The notes under the pieces are model-generated. The model made no database searches. It was not told the DNA's origin and worked only from the letters and a program-made list of their open reading frames with translations. The position numbers and the translations under genes are program-made. Below are positions 45,859-54,397 of a DNA stretch of 64,000 nt, piece by piece; position 1 is the stretch's first letter; each line of letters begins with the position of its first letter. Source of the DNA: an uncultured Sutterella sp. (GTDB lineage: Bacteria; Pseudomonadota; Gammaproteobacteria; Burkholderiales; Burkholderiaceae_F); contig CAAGKD010000094.1 of NCBI GenBank assembly GCA_900770335.1, forward strand, positions 33,789-97,788. Direction: 5' to 3'.

Positions 45859-46791
45859 ATGACCAATCCCTCCGAACAGCTTGTCGTCGCAGTCTCCTCG
45901 CGCGCGCTCTTTGATCTCGAGAGCGAGCACCGGCTCTTCGAGGAGCAGGGATACGAAGCCTTTCGGGAGCATCAGGAGCTGAACCGCGACAAGCCGCTGC
46001 GCCCCGGCGTCGCCTTTCCCTTCGTGCGGCGTCTCCTGGGCCTGAACCGGCTTTTCCCCGGCAGGGAGCCCTTCCGCGTTGTCGCGCTCTCGCGCAACTC
46101 GCCTGAGACCGCCTGCCGGTTCTTCAGCTCCTGCCGTCATCACCGTCTTCCCGTCAACGCCGGCGCCTTCACGTCCGGCCAGTCGACCTTCCCCTACATC
46201 TCCGCCTTCGGCGTGTCGCTCTTTCTCTCCGCAAATCCGGAGAGCGTGACAAGCGCGATCGAGGCGGGACTGCCCGGCGGCCTCGTCCTGTCCGGAGCAG
46301 GCGCGGGCGACGATGATGTGGATCCGACGCTGCGCATCGCTTTTGACTTCGACGGCGTGCTCGCGGACGATGAGTCCGAAAGGTGCTTTCAGAAGGAGGG
46401 ACTCGCCGCCTTCGAGCGCCTCGAGACGGAGAAGGCCTCGACGCCCCACGAGCCCGGCCCCCTGCGCGACCTCTTCGCGAAGCTCTCCTTCTTCCAGCGG
46501 CTTGACCGGGAGGAACGCGGCAAAGGGAATCCCTACTTTAAGCCGGCCATCCGGATCTCCATCGTGACCTCCCGGGGCGCGACAAGCGAGGAGCGGCTCA
46601 TCACCACGTTGAGAAGCTTCGGCATGAGCGCGGCAGAACTCTTTCTCATGGACGGCCTCGACAAGCGGAGCGTCCTTGAGACCCTTCGCCCCCACATCTT
46701 CTTCGACGACCAGCTCAGGCACCTTGAACGCACCCAGGGCTCCATACCGAGCGTTCTCATCCCATTCGGAATCCATAACACTCCAAATTGA
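45859..46791 (+). CDS. 5'-nucleotidase-family (HAD-like) protein
   Basis: MTNPSEQLVVAVSSRALFDLESEHRLFEEQGYEAFREHQ... and HAD motif IAFDFDGVLADDESE. Start taken at the ATG after the gyrB stop. Confidence 0.65.
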   Translation: MTNPSEQLVVAVSSRALFDLESEHRLFEEQGYEAFREHQELNRDKPLRPGVAFPFVRRLLGLNRLFPGREPFRVVALSRNSPETACRFFSSCRHHRLPVNAGAFTSGQSTFPYISAFGVSLFLSANPESVTSAIEAGLPGGLVLSGAGAGDDDVDPTLRIAFDFDGVLADDESERCFQKEGLAAFERLETEKASTPHEPGPLRDLFAKLSFFQRLDREERGKGNPYFKPAIRISIVTSRGATSEERLITTLRSFGMSAAELFLMDGLDKRSVLETLRPHIFFDDQLRHLERTQGSIPSVLIPFGIHNTPN

Positions 46792-47202
46792 CGATTTATC
46801 CAAAAATATCAATGAATTCACGCTATTCTATGCACAGGAAACCCACGATCAATCCACTGGTTATGCACAGGCAATCCACAGGCTGAGAGAGGGGTTTTTC
46901 CTTCCAAGAAACTTTTCCCTGTTCAATAACTCTTTTTTATTCTTAAATAGCAGTAGTTTGTAGTAGGTGAGTGCAATTTCTGTGGACAACCAGCTTTCTC
47001 CCATATAAATCTGTAAGATGCGATGTTGAACATCCTGTGGATATGTGGCGTGGCAATCTGTGGAGAACGCGGGAGAGGATGGGGATGAAATCAGGCCTTT
47101 TCGGGCGACCCCGCAAGTTGTCCACATTTCGTGCACAGCAACACTAAAGTTGCTCACAGCACTTATGCACAAACCTAACAGCATTTTTGTTGTCATCCTT
47201 TC
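46792..47202. promoter_or_regulatory. Dense DnaA-box cluster with an AT-rich tract; candidate oriC or DnaA-titration/regulatory locus
   Basis: At least nine 9-mers within one or two mismatches of TTATNCACA, including: TTATCCAAA 46796-804; CTATGCACA 46828-836; TTATGCACA 46861-869; CAATCCACA 46872-880; TGTGGACAA 46981-989; TGTGGATAT 47037-045; TGTGGAGAA 47059-067; TTGTCCACA 47118-126; TTATGCACA 47163-171. AT-rich stretch aataactcttttttattcttaaatagcagtagtttgtagtagg at about 46925-46968. Confidence 0.6.
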
Positions 47203-48009
47203 ATGTCTTCCGCAGTTCCCTTTCTGCCGTGGTTTGCGCCGAAGCTCTCCCGCGCGATGCGCGGCGTTCTGAGCAACATCGGCCACAAGGCCGTCTTTTC
47301 GCGCGGCGAGCGGATCTATGAGTCCCCGGGGTTCTTTCACAAGCTCATGCTCGTCGAGCGCGGCATCGTCGCCAAGGCGCTGATGGATCCCTTCCACGCG
47401 GATCCGCTTCTGCTGGCCCTCTCCGGACCGGGAGCGCTCTGCGGCAGCTACGAGACGCTTTATCTGCAGGATCGGATGGAGCGCAGCCACTGGTGCATGA
47501 CGAGCACCTCGGTGATCATCGTCAACGCGGATCTGCTGCTGCGCATCTGCGATCAGAACCCCGTGTGGCAACGCGAGCTCACGCACTACTGCTCCGTGAG
47601 CGCGATCAGCGACCGCCTGGGGCTGCTCGTCGTGCACTCAGCCTCCGCCGAGGAGCGACTGGGCATGTTCCTCATAGCCTCGTCCGCCGTCGTCTGCGAG
47701 GACTTCCTCGAGCGGTTGCTCAATCCGAACGTGCAGTGGGTCGTCATGGAGGCCCTGCCGTCCATGAGGGTGGTAACGAGCGCGCTCAGCATGACGCCTG
47801 CCGAGGTGAGAGGCGTTCTTCACGTCTGGGCCGCCGAGGATGTCATCCGCCGCCGTCCGCACAAGGTGCTGCTTTCGCGCAGGCGCTTCGTTCAGTACTG
47901 GAGCCGCATGGAGCCGATTCTCAGCACCGCCGGGGCGAAGGGCGCGGAGAGCGCGCGCCGGTCCGTGATGCCCGTGCGCGACTGCCCTTTCCCGGATCCC
48001 ATGTTCTAA
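47203..48009 (+). CDS. Crp/Fnr-family transcriptional regulator (cNMP-binding-like domain plus C-terminal HTH)
   Basis: Beta-roll region KAVFSRGERIYESPGFFHKLMLVERGIVAKAL...SGPGALCGSYETL, and C-terminal HTH ALSMTPAEVRGVLHVWAAEDVIRR resembling the Crp DNA-binding helix. Confidence 0.6.
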   Translation: MSSAVPFLPWFAPKLSRAMRGVLSNIGHKAVFSRGERIYESPGFFHKLMLVERGIVAKALMDPFHADPLLLALSGPGALCGSYETLYLQDRMERSHWCMTSTSVIIVNADLLLRICDQNPVWQRELTHYCSVSAISDRLGLLVVHSASAEERLGMFLIASSAVVCEDFLERLLNPNVQWVVMEALPSMRVVTSALSMTPAEVRGVLHVWAAEDVIRRRPHKVLLSRRRFVQYWSRMEPILSTAGAKGAESARRSVMPVRDCPFPDPMF

Positions 48010-48057
48010 ACTCCTTGAATGAACTTGCCTCATTCAAAGACCGCCGGATTCAGATCC

Positions 48058-48717
48058 ATGCAGCACAACACCATCAGAAAGTTCTCTCTTCTCGCCTCCG
48101 CCACCGCGTGCGCGGCTATGCTCTCCGGATGCATCGCACCGATCCTGATGGGCGGCGCCGTGATGACGACCGCCACCGTGGCGACGGACCGCCGGACGGC
48201 CGGCTCCATCGTGAGTGACGAAGTGGTGGAGAAGCGCCTCTCCTATGAGATCGAGCAGGCGCTCAAGGATCAGAAGCAGCACATCACGGTGACGGCCTAC
48301 GACGGCCGCGTGCTGCTCTCGGGCGAGGCGGGGAGCGCCGATCTGCGCGCCCGCGCCGAGCAGATCGCCAGAAACAGCACCGACGTGCGCGAAGTGATCG
48401 ACGAGATCGCCGTCATGGAGCCCGTCTCGGTCTCGCAGCGCCTCTCCGACTCGCTTCTTGCAACGCGCGTGCGCACGGCGATCATCGGCGAGAAGGATGC
48501 GACGCTCAATCAGATGAAGGTCGTCGTTGAGCGCGGCGTCGTCTATCTGATGGGCTTCGTCACCGACTCTGAGGCTCGGGCCGCCGCAGCCAAGGCCGCG
48601 GCGGTCTCCGGCGTGAAGCAGGTCGTCATGTGCTTCAGCATCGCCACGGCCGAGGAGATCGAGCAGCGGATGCGCACCGACAAGCCGGCGAACGCCGGCG
48701 CGCAGTCCGGCGACTGA
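48058..48717 (+). CDS. BON-domain lipoprotein (DolP/YraP/OsmY-like)
   Basis: Lipobox MLSGC; two BON-like repeats (VTAYDGRVLLSGEAGSADLRARAEQIA... / VVVERGVVYLMGFVTDSEARAAAAKAA). Confidence 0.75.
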   Translation: MQHNTIRKFSLLASATACAAMLSGCIAPILMGGAVMTTATVATDRRTAGSIVSDEVVEKRLSYEIEQALKDQKQHITVTAYDGRVLLSGEAGSADLRARAEQIARNSTDVREVIDEIAVMEPVSVSQRLSDSLLATRVRTAIIGEKDATLNQMKVVVERGVVYLMGFVTDSEARAAAAKAAAVSGVKQVVMCFSIATAEEIEQRMRTDKPANAGAQSGD

Positions 48718-48722
48718 CCGTC

Positions 48723-49637
48723 TCAGGCCCAGGCCGCGGCGAGCGCGCCAGCGGAGAAGAGCATCGCGAAGAGCCCCTCGAGCCTCACGCAGCCGAACAT
48801 GACAGCGTTGAGCTCCTCGTGGCGCTTCTGGGTGAGCTCGCCGACGAGCCGGAAGGCCTTCGGAAGGCTGCCGAGCGTCACGATGCACGGCCAGAGGGCC
48901 GGCTCGAGGATCACCATGGCGACGATCGCGGCGTAGGGAATGAGCATCAGCCCGGCGAAGAGATTCACGAAGACGCTCGGGCCGACGGTGACGGCGAGCG
49001 TCCTGCGGCCGATGCTCGCGTCGTGCTCGACGTCGCGGAAGTTGTTGACGGCGAGCACGCCCGTGGCGACTGCGCCGAGTCCGGCGCCGAGCAGGACAGC
49101 GTTCGCCGAAACCGCGCCGGTCTGCAGGTAGTAGGTGCCGCAGACGGCGGTGAGGCCGAAGAAGATGAGCACGGTGATCTCGCCGAAGGGCGTGTAGGCG
49201 ATGGGCTTCGGTCCGCCCATGTAGCAGTAAGCCGCGACGAGCGACGCGAGGCCGACGGCGAGAAAGCCCCATCCGCCGAAGGCGATGAGGACGGCCGTGT
49301 TGAGAAGGGCGAGCGCCGCGCCGATCCGGATCGCGGTCTTTGCCGCGGAGCGGCTGATCCAGCCGCGCGTGGTGGCGCGCGGCAGTCCCCTGCGGTTGCC
49401 CGTCTCGGCGTTGCGCTCGGTGTAGCCGAGGTCGTTCTCCATGTTTGTGATCGCCTGCATCAGCACGGCGATCGTGATTGTGAAGAGCGCGACGACGGGA
49501 CGGAACTCCCGCGTGTCAAACCAGGCGAGCGAGAGCGCCGCGATGACGGGCGAGGCCGCAAGCAGCCAGGTCTTGGGACGGGTGAAGGCGAGCCAGGCCC
49601 CGACGAGCCCGGGGTGTTGCGAATTGTCTGCGGACAT
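48723..49637 (-). CDS. menA: 1,4-dihydroxy-2-naphthoate polyprenyltransferase (UbiA superfamily)
   Basis: UbiA-family TM protein with MenA-like motif NNFRDVEHDASIGRRTLAV; internal ATG at 49637 chosen. Confidence 0.75.
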   Translation of the reverse strand: MSADNSQHPGLVGAWLAFTRPKTWLLAASPVIAALSLAWFDTREFRPVVALFTITIAVLMQAITNMENDLGYTERNAETGNRRGLPRATTRGWISRSAAKTAIRIGAALALLNTAVLIAFGGWGFLAVGLASLVAAYCYMGGPKPIAYTPFGEITVLIFFGLTAVCGTYYLQTGAVSANAVLLGAGLGAVATGVLAVNNFRDVEHDASIGRRTLAVTVGPSVFVNLFAGLMLIPYAAIVAMVILEPALWPCIVTLGSLPKAFRLVGELTQKRHEELNAVMFGCVRLEGLFAMLFSAGALAAAWA

Positions 49638-49659
49638 GGCGCTCCTTTCCTGATTCGGA

Positions 49660-49995
49660 TCAGAGAACAATCTTCACCATCGGCGAAGCGGTGAGGGCGC
49701 GGTAGACGTCGTCGAGCTGCTCGCGCGAGCGGGCGCGGACGGTGATCGTGACGCATTGGTACTTGCGGGTGCGCGAGAAGCTCACCTGCGTGAGCGAGTC
49801 GTCGAAGTCCTCGAAATGCGCCCGGGCGATCGCAGCGACCTCCTTGGGCAGCGCGGGAACCGTGAGGCCCATCACCTTGATCGGAAAGTCCATCGGGAAC
49901 TTCATGACGGACTCGGCCTGGTCGACGGCCTTCGCCTCCTCGGTGAGGACGGGGGCGTTCGCCTCCGGGACGGCATTTTCTTTGCTTTCAGTCAT
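49660..49995 (-). CDS. ybeD: YbeD/UPF0250-family protein (DUF493)
   Basis: KFPMDFPIKVMG signature; 111 aa; lies downstream of the dacA-like gene, as in E. coli dacA-ybeD. Confidence 0.8.
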   Translation of the reverse strand: MTESKENAVPEANAPVLTEEAKAVDQAESVMKFPMDFPIKVMGLTVPALPKEVAAIARAHFEDFDDSLTQVSFSRTRKYQCVTITVRARSREQLDDVYRALTASPMVKIVL

Positions 49996-50031
49996 TTTTC
50001 TGGCGGCTCTTCAGTGGAAAAAAGGAATCGG

Positions 50032-51258
50032 TCAAGGGCTGGCGGGAGGCGGGGCGGCCTCGTCGGAGGCGCCGAAGGCGGCCGAGAGCCTGTCCATGAA
50101 GCGCGTCCGGAGGTCGCCCTCGGGCACGTCTTCGGCGGCGAGCAGCCCGCATGACGCGATCTCCCGGCCGTCTTCGAGGACGACCGCCTCTCCGAGGCGG
50201 TCGCCCGAGCGAACCGGGGCGATGATCGGGGAAGAATAGCGTACGCGGTATTCGAATGCGCCGGCCCCAAGCTCGAACATGCGCTCGCGCGAAAGCGTCG
50301 CGAAGACGCTCCGGTCGGCGAGCGCGGAAACGGTCCGCTTAGCTCCCATGAGGACGGGGAGCTCCGCGACCCGGGCGCCCTCCTCGTAGATGAGGAGCGT
50401 CTCAAAGTCGCGCCAGCCGCGAAGCAGGAGCGAGGAGACCCGGTCGCGCAGGGCGCCGCGGCCTTGCGCGCCGAGCGCGACGACGAGGAGCTGCCGCACG
50501 CGCGGGCCGCTCCGGCGCGGATTCTCCGCAAGCACGGCGGCGCACGACGCGTCGGCGCTCACGAAGACCCCGGAGATCGCCGTGCTCCTCTTCATGAAGA
50601 GGTTCGATGTCTCCTGTTCGGGAACGCCGGGAAGCTCAATGCTCGTCGAGGACATCCACATTCTTGTCTGCGGGTGGCGCGTGATCAGGCTCCGGGCGAG
50701 CAGCGTTACGTCCCGCGCGCTCGTCCGGCAGGGGGAGGCCGCGCCGCAGGCGAGGGAGAACTCAGCGCTCCGCATGCCGGCGCCGCGAGCGGCGTCCGTC
50801 ATGCGCGCGTCGAACGATTCCGGGCTTTCGCCGAGCGCCTGCGGGAGCGCGTCAAGGGCGGGCCGGGAGCCGTTCATCAGGACGATGCGTACGAGGTCCG
50901 CAAGACTCACGCCGGGGCCGTTCGCGTCCCAGGGGTTCGGGACCGCAGCGTTCGGGGAGACGCCTTTTTCGCGGGCCGTCTCAAGCGCCGTGAACGCGGC
51001 CAAGAGAGGAAGAAGTCCCGAGGCCTCTTCCGGGACGTCGGCATCCTCCGCGAGCAGCGTCCGGCCGCTTTCAAGATCCATCAGCAGCGTGGAGGCGGGG
51101 ACGGGCGCGGACGCGAGGAGCGCGGCGCACAAAGCCGTCCCGAGGACGGCGCGGAATCTGCTGGAGCCGGACAAGGCCTCTCCTTCTCTTGGCGGGCGGC
51201 GGAACGGCCCGGAGCCGTCGGACGGGCGCGGCGGGCCTTCGTTCCTGCCGCACGGCAT
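50032..51258 (-). CDS. D-alanyl-D-alanine carboxypeptidase (PBP5/DacA)-like protein whose catalytic motifs appear degenerate
   Basis: Signal peptide. By-eye similarity to PBP5: SGRTLLAEDADV aligns with SGKVLAEQNADV, and ARDVTLLARSLI with ARDMALIGQALI, plus the C-terminal domain. At the expected catalytic positions SxxK reads SGLL, SGN reads NGS, and KTG reads KRS. Confidence 0.6.
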   Translation of the reverse strand: MPCGRNEGPPRPSDGSGPFRRPPREGEALSGSSRFRAVLGTALCAALLASAPVPASTLLMDLESGRTLLAEDADVPEEASGLLPLLAAFTALETAREKGVSPNAAVPNPWDANGPGVSLADLVRIVLMNGSRPALDALPQALGESPESFDARMTDAARGAGMRSAEFSLACGAASPCRTSARDVTLLARSLITRHPQTRMWMSSTSIELPGVPEQETSNLFMKRSTAISGVFVSADASCAAVLAENPRRSGPRVRQLLVVALGAQGRGALRDRVSSLLLRGWRDFETLLIYEEGARVAELPVLMGAKRTVSALADRSVFATLSRERMFELGAGAFEYRVRYSSPIIAPVRSGDRLGEAVVLEDGREIASCGLLAAEDVPEGDLRTRFMDRLSAAFGASDEAAPPPASP

Positions 51259-51336
51259 GTGTCACAATGGAACGCTTCTCGCGGCGCCCTGGCGGCGTGC
51301 GCGGGGAATTTAAAAAATTCTAAACGCTCCGTCTCC

Positions 51337-52152
51337 ATGTCCGCCGATCTCTTTCTCCATGCGCTTCGAGGCGCGCTGACGCACGAACTGGACGTCGAGT
51401 GGGTGCCCGAGACGGGATCCACGAACGACGATCTGAAGCGACGCGCGCGGCGCGCTCCGCTGCAGGCGCCGCTTCTGCTCATCGCGGATCGGCAGAGCGC
51501 CGGGCGCGGCACGCACGGCAGGACCTGGCGCACCGCGGCGCTTGCGCTCATCTTCTCGCTGGCGGTGCCGGTCACGAAGGTAGCGGCCTCGGCGATGCCC
51601 GGGTTGCTGAGCCTCGCCGCGGCGATGGCCGTGGCGAGGGGTGCCTCGCGCGCGACGCGCGAGAAGATCCTCGTCAAGTGGCCCAATGACGTGTGGGCCG
51701 CGTCGGGCAAGGCCGGCGGAATTCTCAACGAGCTCGTGACAGACGCCTCCGGGAGCGGCGCGCTCATCATCGGCGTCGGGCTCAACCTCGAGGTGGAGCC
51801 GGGCGGCGTCACGACGGCCGGCTGGCCCGTGACGGCGATCCCGACGCGCGTGAGCATGCGTGATCCCGCGATGCGCGGAGAGTTTCTCGCGGGCATCGTC
51901 GACGAGCTGCTCGATGCCTTCGGACGGCTGATCATGAGGCCTGACACAACCGAGGAGATCATCCGGGAGTGGCCGCTCTACGACGCCTTCTACGGACGCA
52001 GGATTCTCTGGCGCGAGCTCGACGATCCGGCGAGGAGGACCGAAGGGGAGGACCTCGGGATCGACGCCTCCGGACGACTCCTCATGCGCGAGCGGCGCGG
52101 AGAGACGCGGGCGCTCTCGGGCGAGCTCGTGTCGCTGCTCAACCAGGACTGA
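51337..52152 (+). CDS. birA: Biotin--[acetyl-CoA-carboxylase] ligase; ligase-only form with no N-terminal HTH
   Basis: Motifs QSAGRGTHGRTW and KWPNDV; 271 aa beginning directly in the catalytic domain. Confidence 0.85.
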   Translation: MSADLFLHALRGALTHELDVEWVPETGSTNDDLKRRARRAPLQAPLLLIADRQSAGRGTHGRTWRTAALALIFSLAVPVTKVAASAMPGLLSLAAAMAVARGASRATREKILVKWPNDVWAASGKAGGILNELVTDASGSGALIIGVGLNLEVEPGGVTTAGWPVTAIPTRVSMRDPAMRGEFLAGIVDELLDAFGRLIMRPDTTEEIIREWPLYDAFYGRRILWRELDDPARRTEGEDLGIDASGRLLMRERRGETRALSGELVSLLNQD

Positions 52153-52185
52153 ATCACTGAAAGTCACCGCAACGGAGCCCGCCTC

Positions 52186-52974
52186 ATGAAGACGCTTCTC
52201 ATCGATCTCGGCAACACCGCGCTCAAGTGGGCGCTACTGGGCGACGAGCTCAGTCCGCGCACGGTCGTTCATCGCGGGCGGAGCGGCTTCAAGGAGGAAC
52301 TCTACGCTGAATGGCTCGCTCTGAGGCCGGACCGCGTGCTCGGCTGCACCGTCGCCGCGCCCGATCTGGCGTTCTCCATCACGAAGTTCTTCAACGAGAA
52401 CGGGATTCCCTGGAACTGGGTGCGCTCGCAGGCTACGTTCGAGGGCGACGGGCTGACGCTCCGGAACGCCTATGACAACCCCATGCAGCTCGGTGCGGAC
52501 CGCTGGTGCGCCGCGCTCGGGGCGATCGACGTTGCGCCGGGCGAGTCGCTTCTCGTCGTGCAGATGGGAACGGCGACGACCGCGGACGCGATCCTCTGCG
52601 AGGGGCGGGACCGGTACGTCTTCCTGGGCGGGCGCATCGCGCCGGGGCCGGCCCTCGTCAAGCAGTGCCTTGAGGCGGGGATTCCCTCCCTGCAGGGAGC
52701 GCTCGGCCAGTGGCGGGCGTTTCCGACGAACACGCGCGACGCCATCACGACGGGAATCCTCGACCTGCAGGCGAGTCTCGTGAGGACGGCCCGGGAGGAG
52801 CTTCTCCGCCGGGCGGGTACGGGCGGCGTGAAGGTCGTGCTCGCCGGCGGTGCCGCGGGCTTCATTGAGCCGCGCCTGCGCGAGCTCGTTCCCGAGGGCG
52901 TGATGCGCCGCCACAACCTTGTTCTTCTCGGCCTTGCCGCGCAGGCGAGGCACGGCCGGCTTCGGGAGGCGTGA
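52186..52974 (+). CDS. coaX: Type III pantothenate kinase
   Basis: MKTLLIDLGNTALKWAL... ASKHA fold; the birA-coaX (baf) adjacency is typical of Betaproteobacteria. Confidence 0.85.
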   Translation: MKTLLIDLGNTALKWALLGDELSPRTVVHRGRSGFKEELYAEWLALRPDRVLGCTVAAPDLAFSITKFFNENGIPWNWVRSQATFEGDGLTLRNAYDNPMQLGADRWCAALGAIDVAPGESLLVVQMGTATTADAILCEGRDRYVFLGGRIAPGPALVKQCLEAGIPSLQGALGQWRAFPTNTRDAITTGILDLQASLVRTAREELLRRAGTGGVKVVLAGGAAGFIEPRLRELVPEGVMRRHNLVLLGLAAQARHGRLREA

Positions 52975-53699
52975 TGAGGCTTCTTTTCGCTCTGTCGCTG
53001 ATCCTTGCCGTTTCGCTCGCGGGACTGCTGCTTCTCCGAAGCGGCGAGCCTCCGGCTCGGGTGATTCCGCAGAATGCGGAGGTGACGCTCGAGTCCTTCT
53101 CCGTTCCGAAGGCCGTGCCCGTCCGGGCCCAGCCTGTCGCGGCTCCGCATCCGGAAGCGCCTGAAGCCGTCCCGTCCGGGCTCCGGCCGGCCGCTCCGCC
53201 CGTCTTCGAGGAGCCCCGCAGCGAGGCGATTCCGCTCGAGGAGGCCGGGTGCCTTCTCTTCGGGCCCGTCGGCGAGCGGCGGCTGACGAAGCTGCGCGGC
53301 CGGCTCGAGCGCACGGGAATGCTCGGCCGCATGCTCATCGAGCGCGACGACAGCGCGCTCAGGACCGTTTACGCGGGGCCCTATCCCGCAAGGGCGAAGG
53401 CGGCAAAGGCGCTTGCGGACCTCTCCGAGCGCGGCCTTTCCAACGGCGCGCTCATCGATCTCGGCGAGGGGCGCTGGGGCGTGTGCATCGCCTCGACGCG
53501 CAGCCGCGCCACGGCGAACCGTTGGGCTCGGGAGGCCGCGGCCGCCTGGGCGCTCACGAACGTGGTCGTGAGCGACGCCGACGCGCAGAAGGGCATGCTG
53601 AGGCTCGTCTTCCCCGGCCTCACCCCGCAGGAGAGCCGCCGCGTGCGCGAGGCGCTCTCGGGCGCCGAGGGCGGGACGTTCGAGGCCTGCGGCCGATAG
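52971..53699 (+). CDS. SPOR-domain membrane-anchored protein
   Basis: N-terminal TM; Pro/Ala-rich linker; SPOR-like repeats (...RTVYAGPYPARAKAAKALADLSERGL...). Start overlaps the coaX stop (ATGA). Confidence 0.6.
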   Translation: MMRLLFALSLILAVSLAGLLLLRSGEPPARVIPQNAEVTLESFSVPKAVPVRAQPVAAPHPEAPEAVPSGLRPAAPPVFEEPRSEAIPLEEAGCLLFGPVGERRLTKLRGRLERTGMLGRMLIERDDSALRTVYAGPYPARAKAAKALADLSERGLSNGALIDLGEGRWGVCIASTRSRATANRWAREAAAAWALTNVVVSDADAQKGMLRLVFPGLTPQESRRVREALSGAEGGTFEACGR

Positions 53700-53718
53700 C
53701 GTCCGCAGGCCCTGCTGC

Positions 53719-54156
53719 TCAGAAGCTGCTCGCGGTCTCCTCGAGACGCGCCGCAAGACGCGGCAGAAGTGCCGTCATGAGGCGGCGCCGGGCTTCGGTT
53801 GTCTCCTTCGGGACGGTCCTCTGACGCGGCCCCCAGGGGCATTCGGGATACCAGCCGTCGTCGCGCCAGCGCGCGATGAGGTGCCAGTGCAGGTGCGGCA
53901 CCATGTTGCCGAACTGCGCCCAGTTCATCTTGTCCGGATGGAGCGCTGCGATCATTTCTTCCTCTGCGGCGTCAAGGAGCGCGCGCAGCTCCGCGCGCCG
54001 CTCCGGCGCGAGGGCGCTCATCTCCGGGACGTGGTCGACGGCGACGATCCGGATGAAGGCCGGGAAGTCGTCGCTTCCCGCGTCGATCGCATAGAAACGG
54101 CGGCCTCGCCAGAACGCTCCCTCGGGACGCTTCGCGCAAAGCGGGCATTCGTTCAT
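53719..54156 (-). CDS. HIT-family hydrolase
   Basis: Histidine triad HLHWHLI and N-terminal CPLC. Confidence 0.8.
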   Translation of the reverse strand: MNECPLCAKRPEGAFWRGRRFYAIDAGSDDFPAFIRIVAVDHVPEMSALAPERRAELRALLDAAEEEMIAALHPDKMNWAQFGNMVPHLHWHLIARWRDDGWYPECPWGPRQRTVPKETTEARRRLMTALLPRLAARLEETASSF

Positions 54157-54177
54157 CTCGTTCTCCTCCCGTTCGGA

Positions 54178-54393
54178 TCAGTCGGCGAGCCGGATCCGGC
54201 CTTCCTCGTCCTCGACGATCCGGTAGTCCCACTTCTTGCGGCCGGACATGTCCTCAAGCCAGGCCGCGAGGGGCTCGCCAAGGTCGTCGAGCATGTAGTT
54301 GATGTAGTTCTCGGCCTCAAAGGGCGTGGCGAAGTTGTCCTCCTCGCCGTCGCTCCAGCGGACGATCACCTGCGTGACGCAGTCGCGGCGCAT
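54178..54393 (-). CDS. Small hypothetical protein (about 71 aa)
   Basis: MRRDCVTQVIVRWSDGEEDNFATPFEAENYINYMLDDLGEPLAAWLEDMSGRKKWDYRIVEDEEGRIRLAD. Compact acidic protein; overlaps the 3' end of the M20 gene by a few bp; family not recognised. Confidence 0.45.
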   Translation of the reverse strand: MRRDCVTQVIVRWSDGEEDNFATPFEAENYINYMLDDLGEPLAAWLEDMSGRKKWDYRIVEDEEGRIRLAD

Positions 54394-54397
54394 GTCT

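Noticed and set aside
51259-51336. An AT-rich stretch (ggaatttaaaaaattctaaacg) between the dacA-like gene and birA as a possible biotin operator
   Set aside because: BirA here lacks a DNA-binding domain and there is no extended palindrome. It is more likely an ordinary divergent promoter region.
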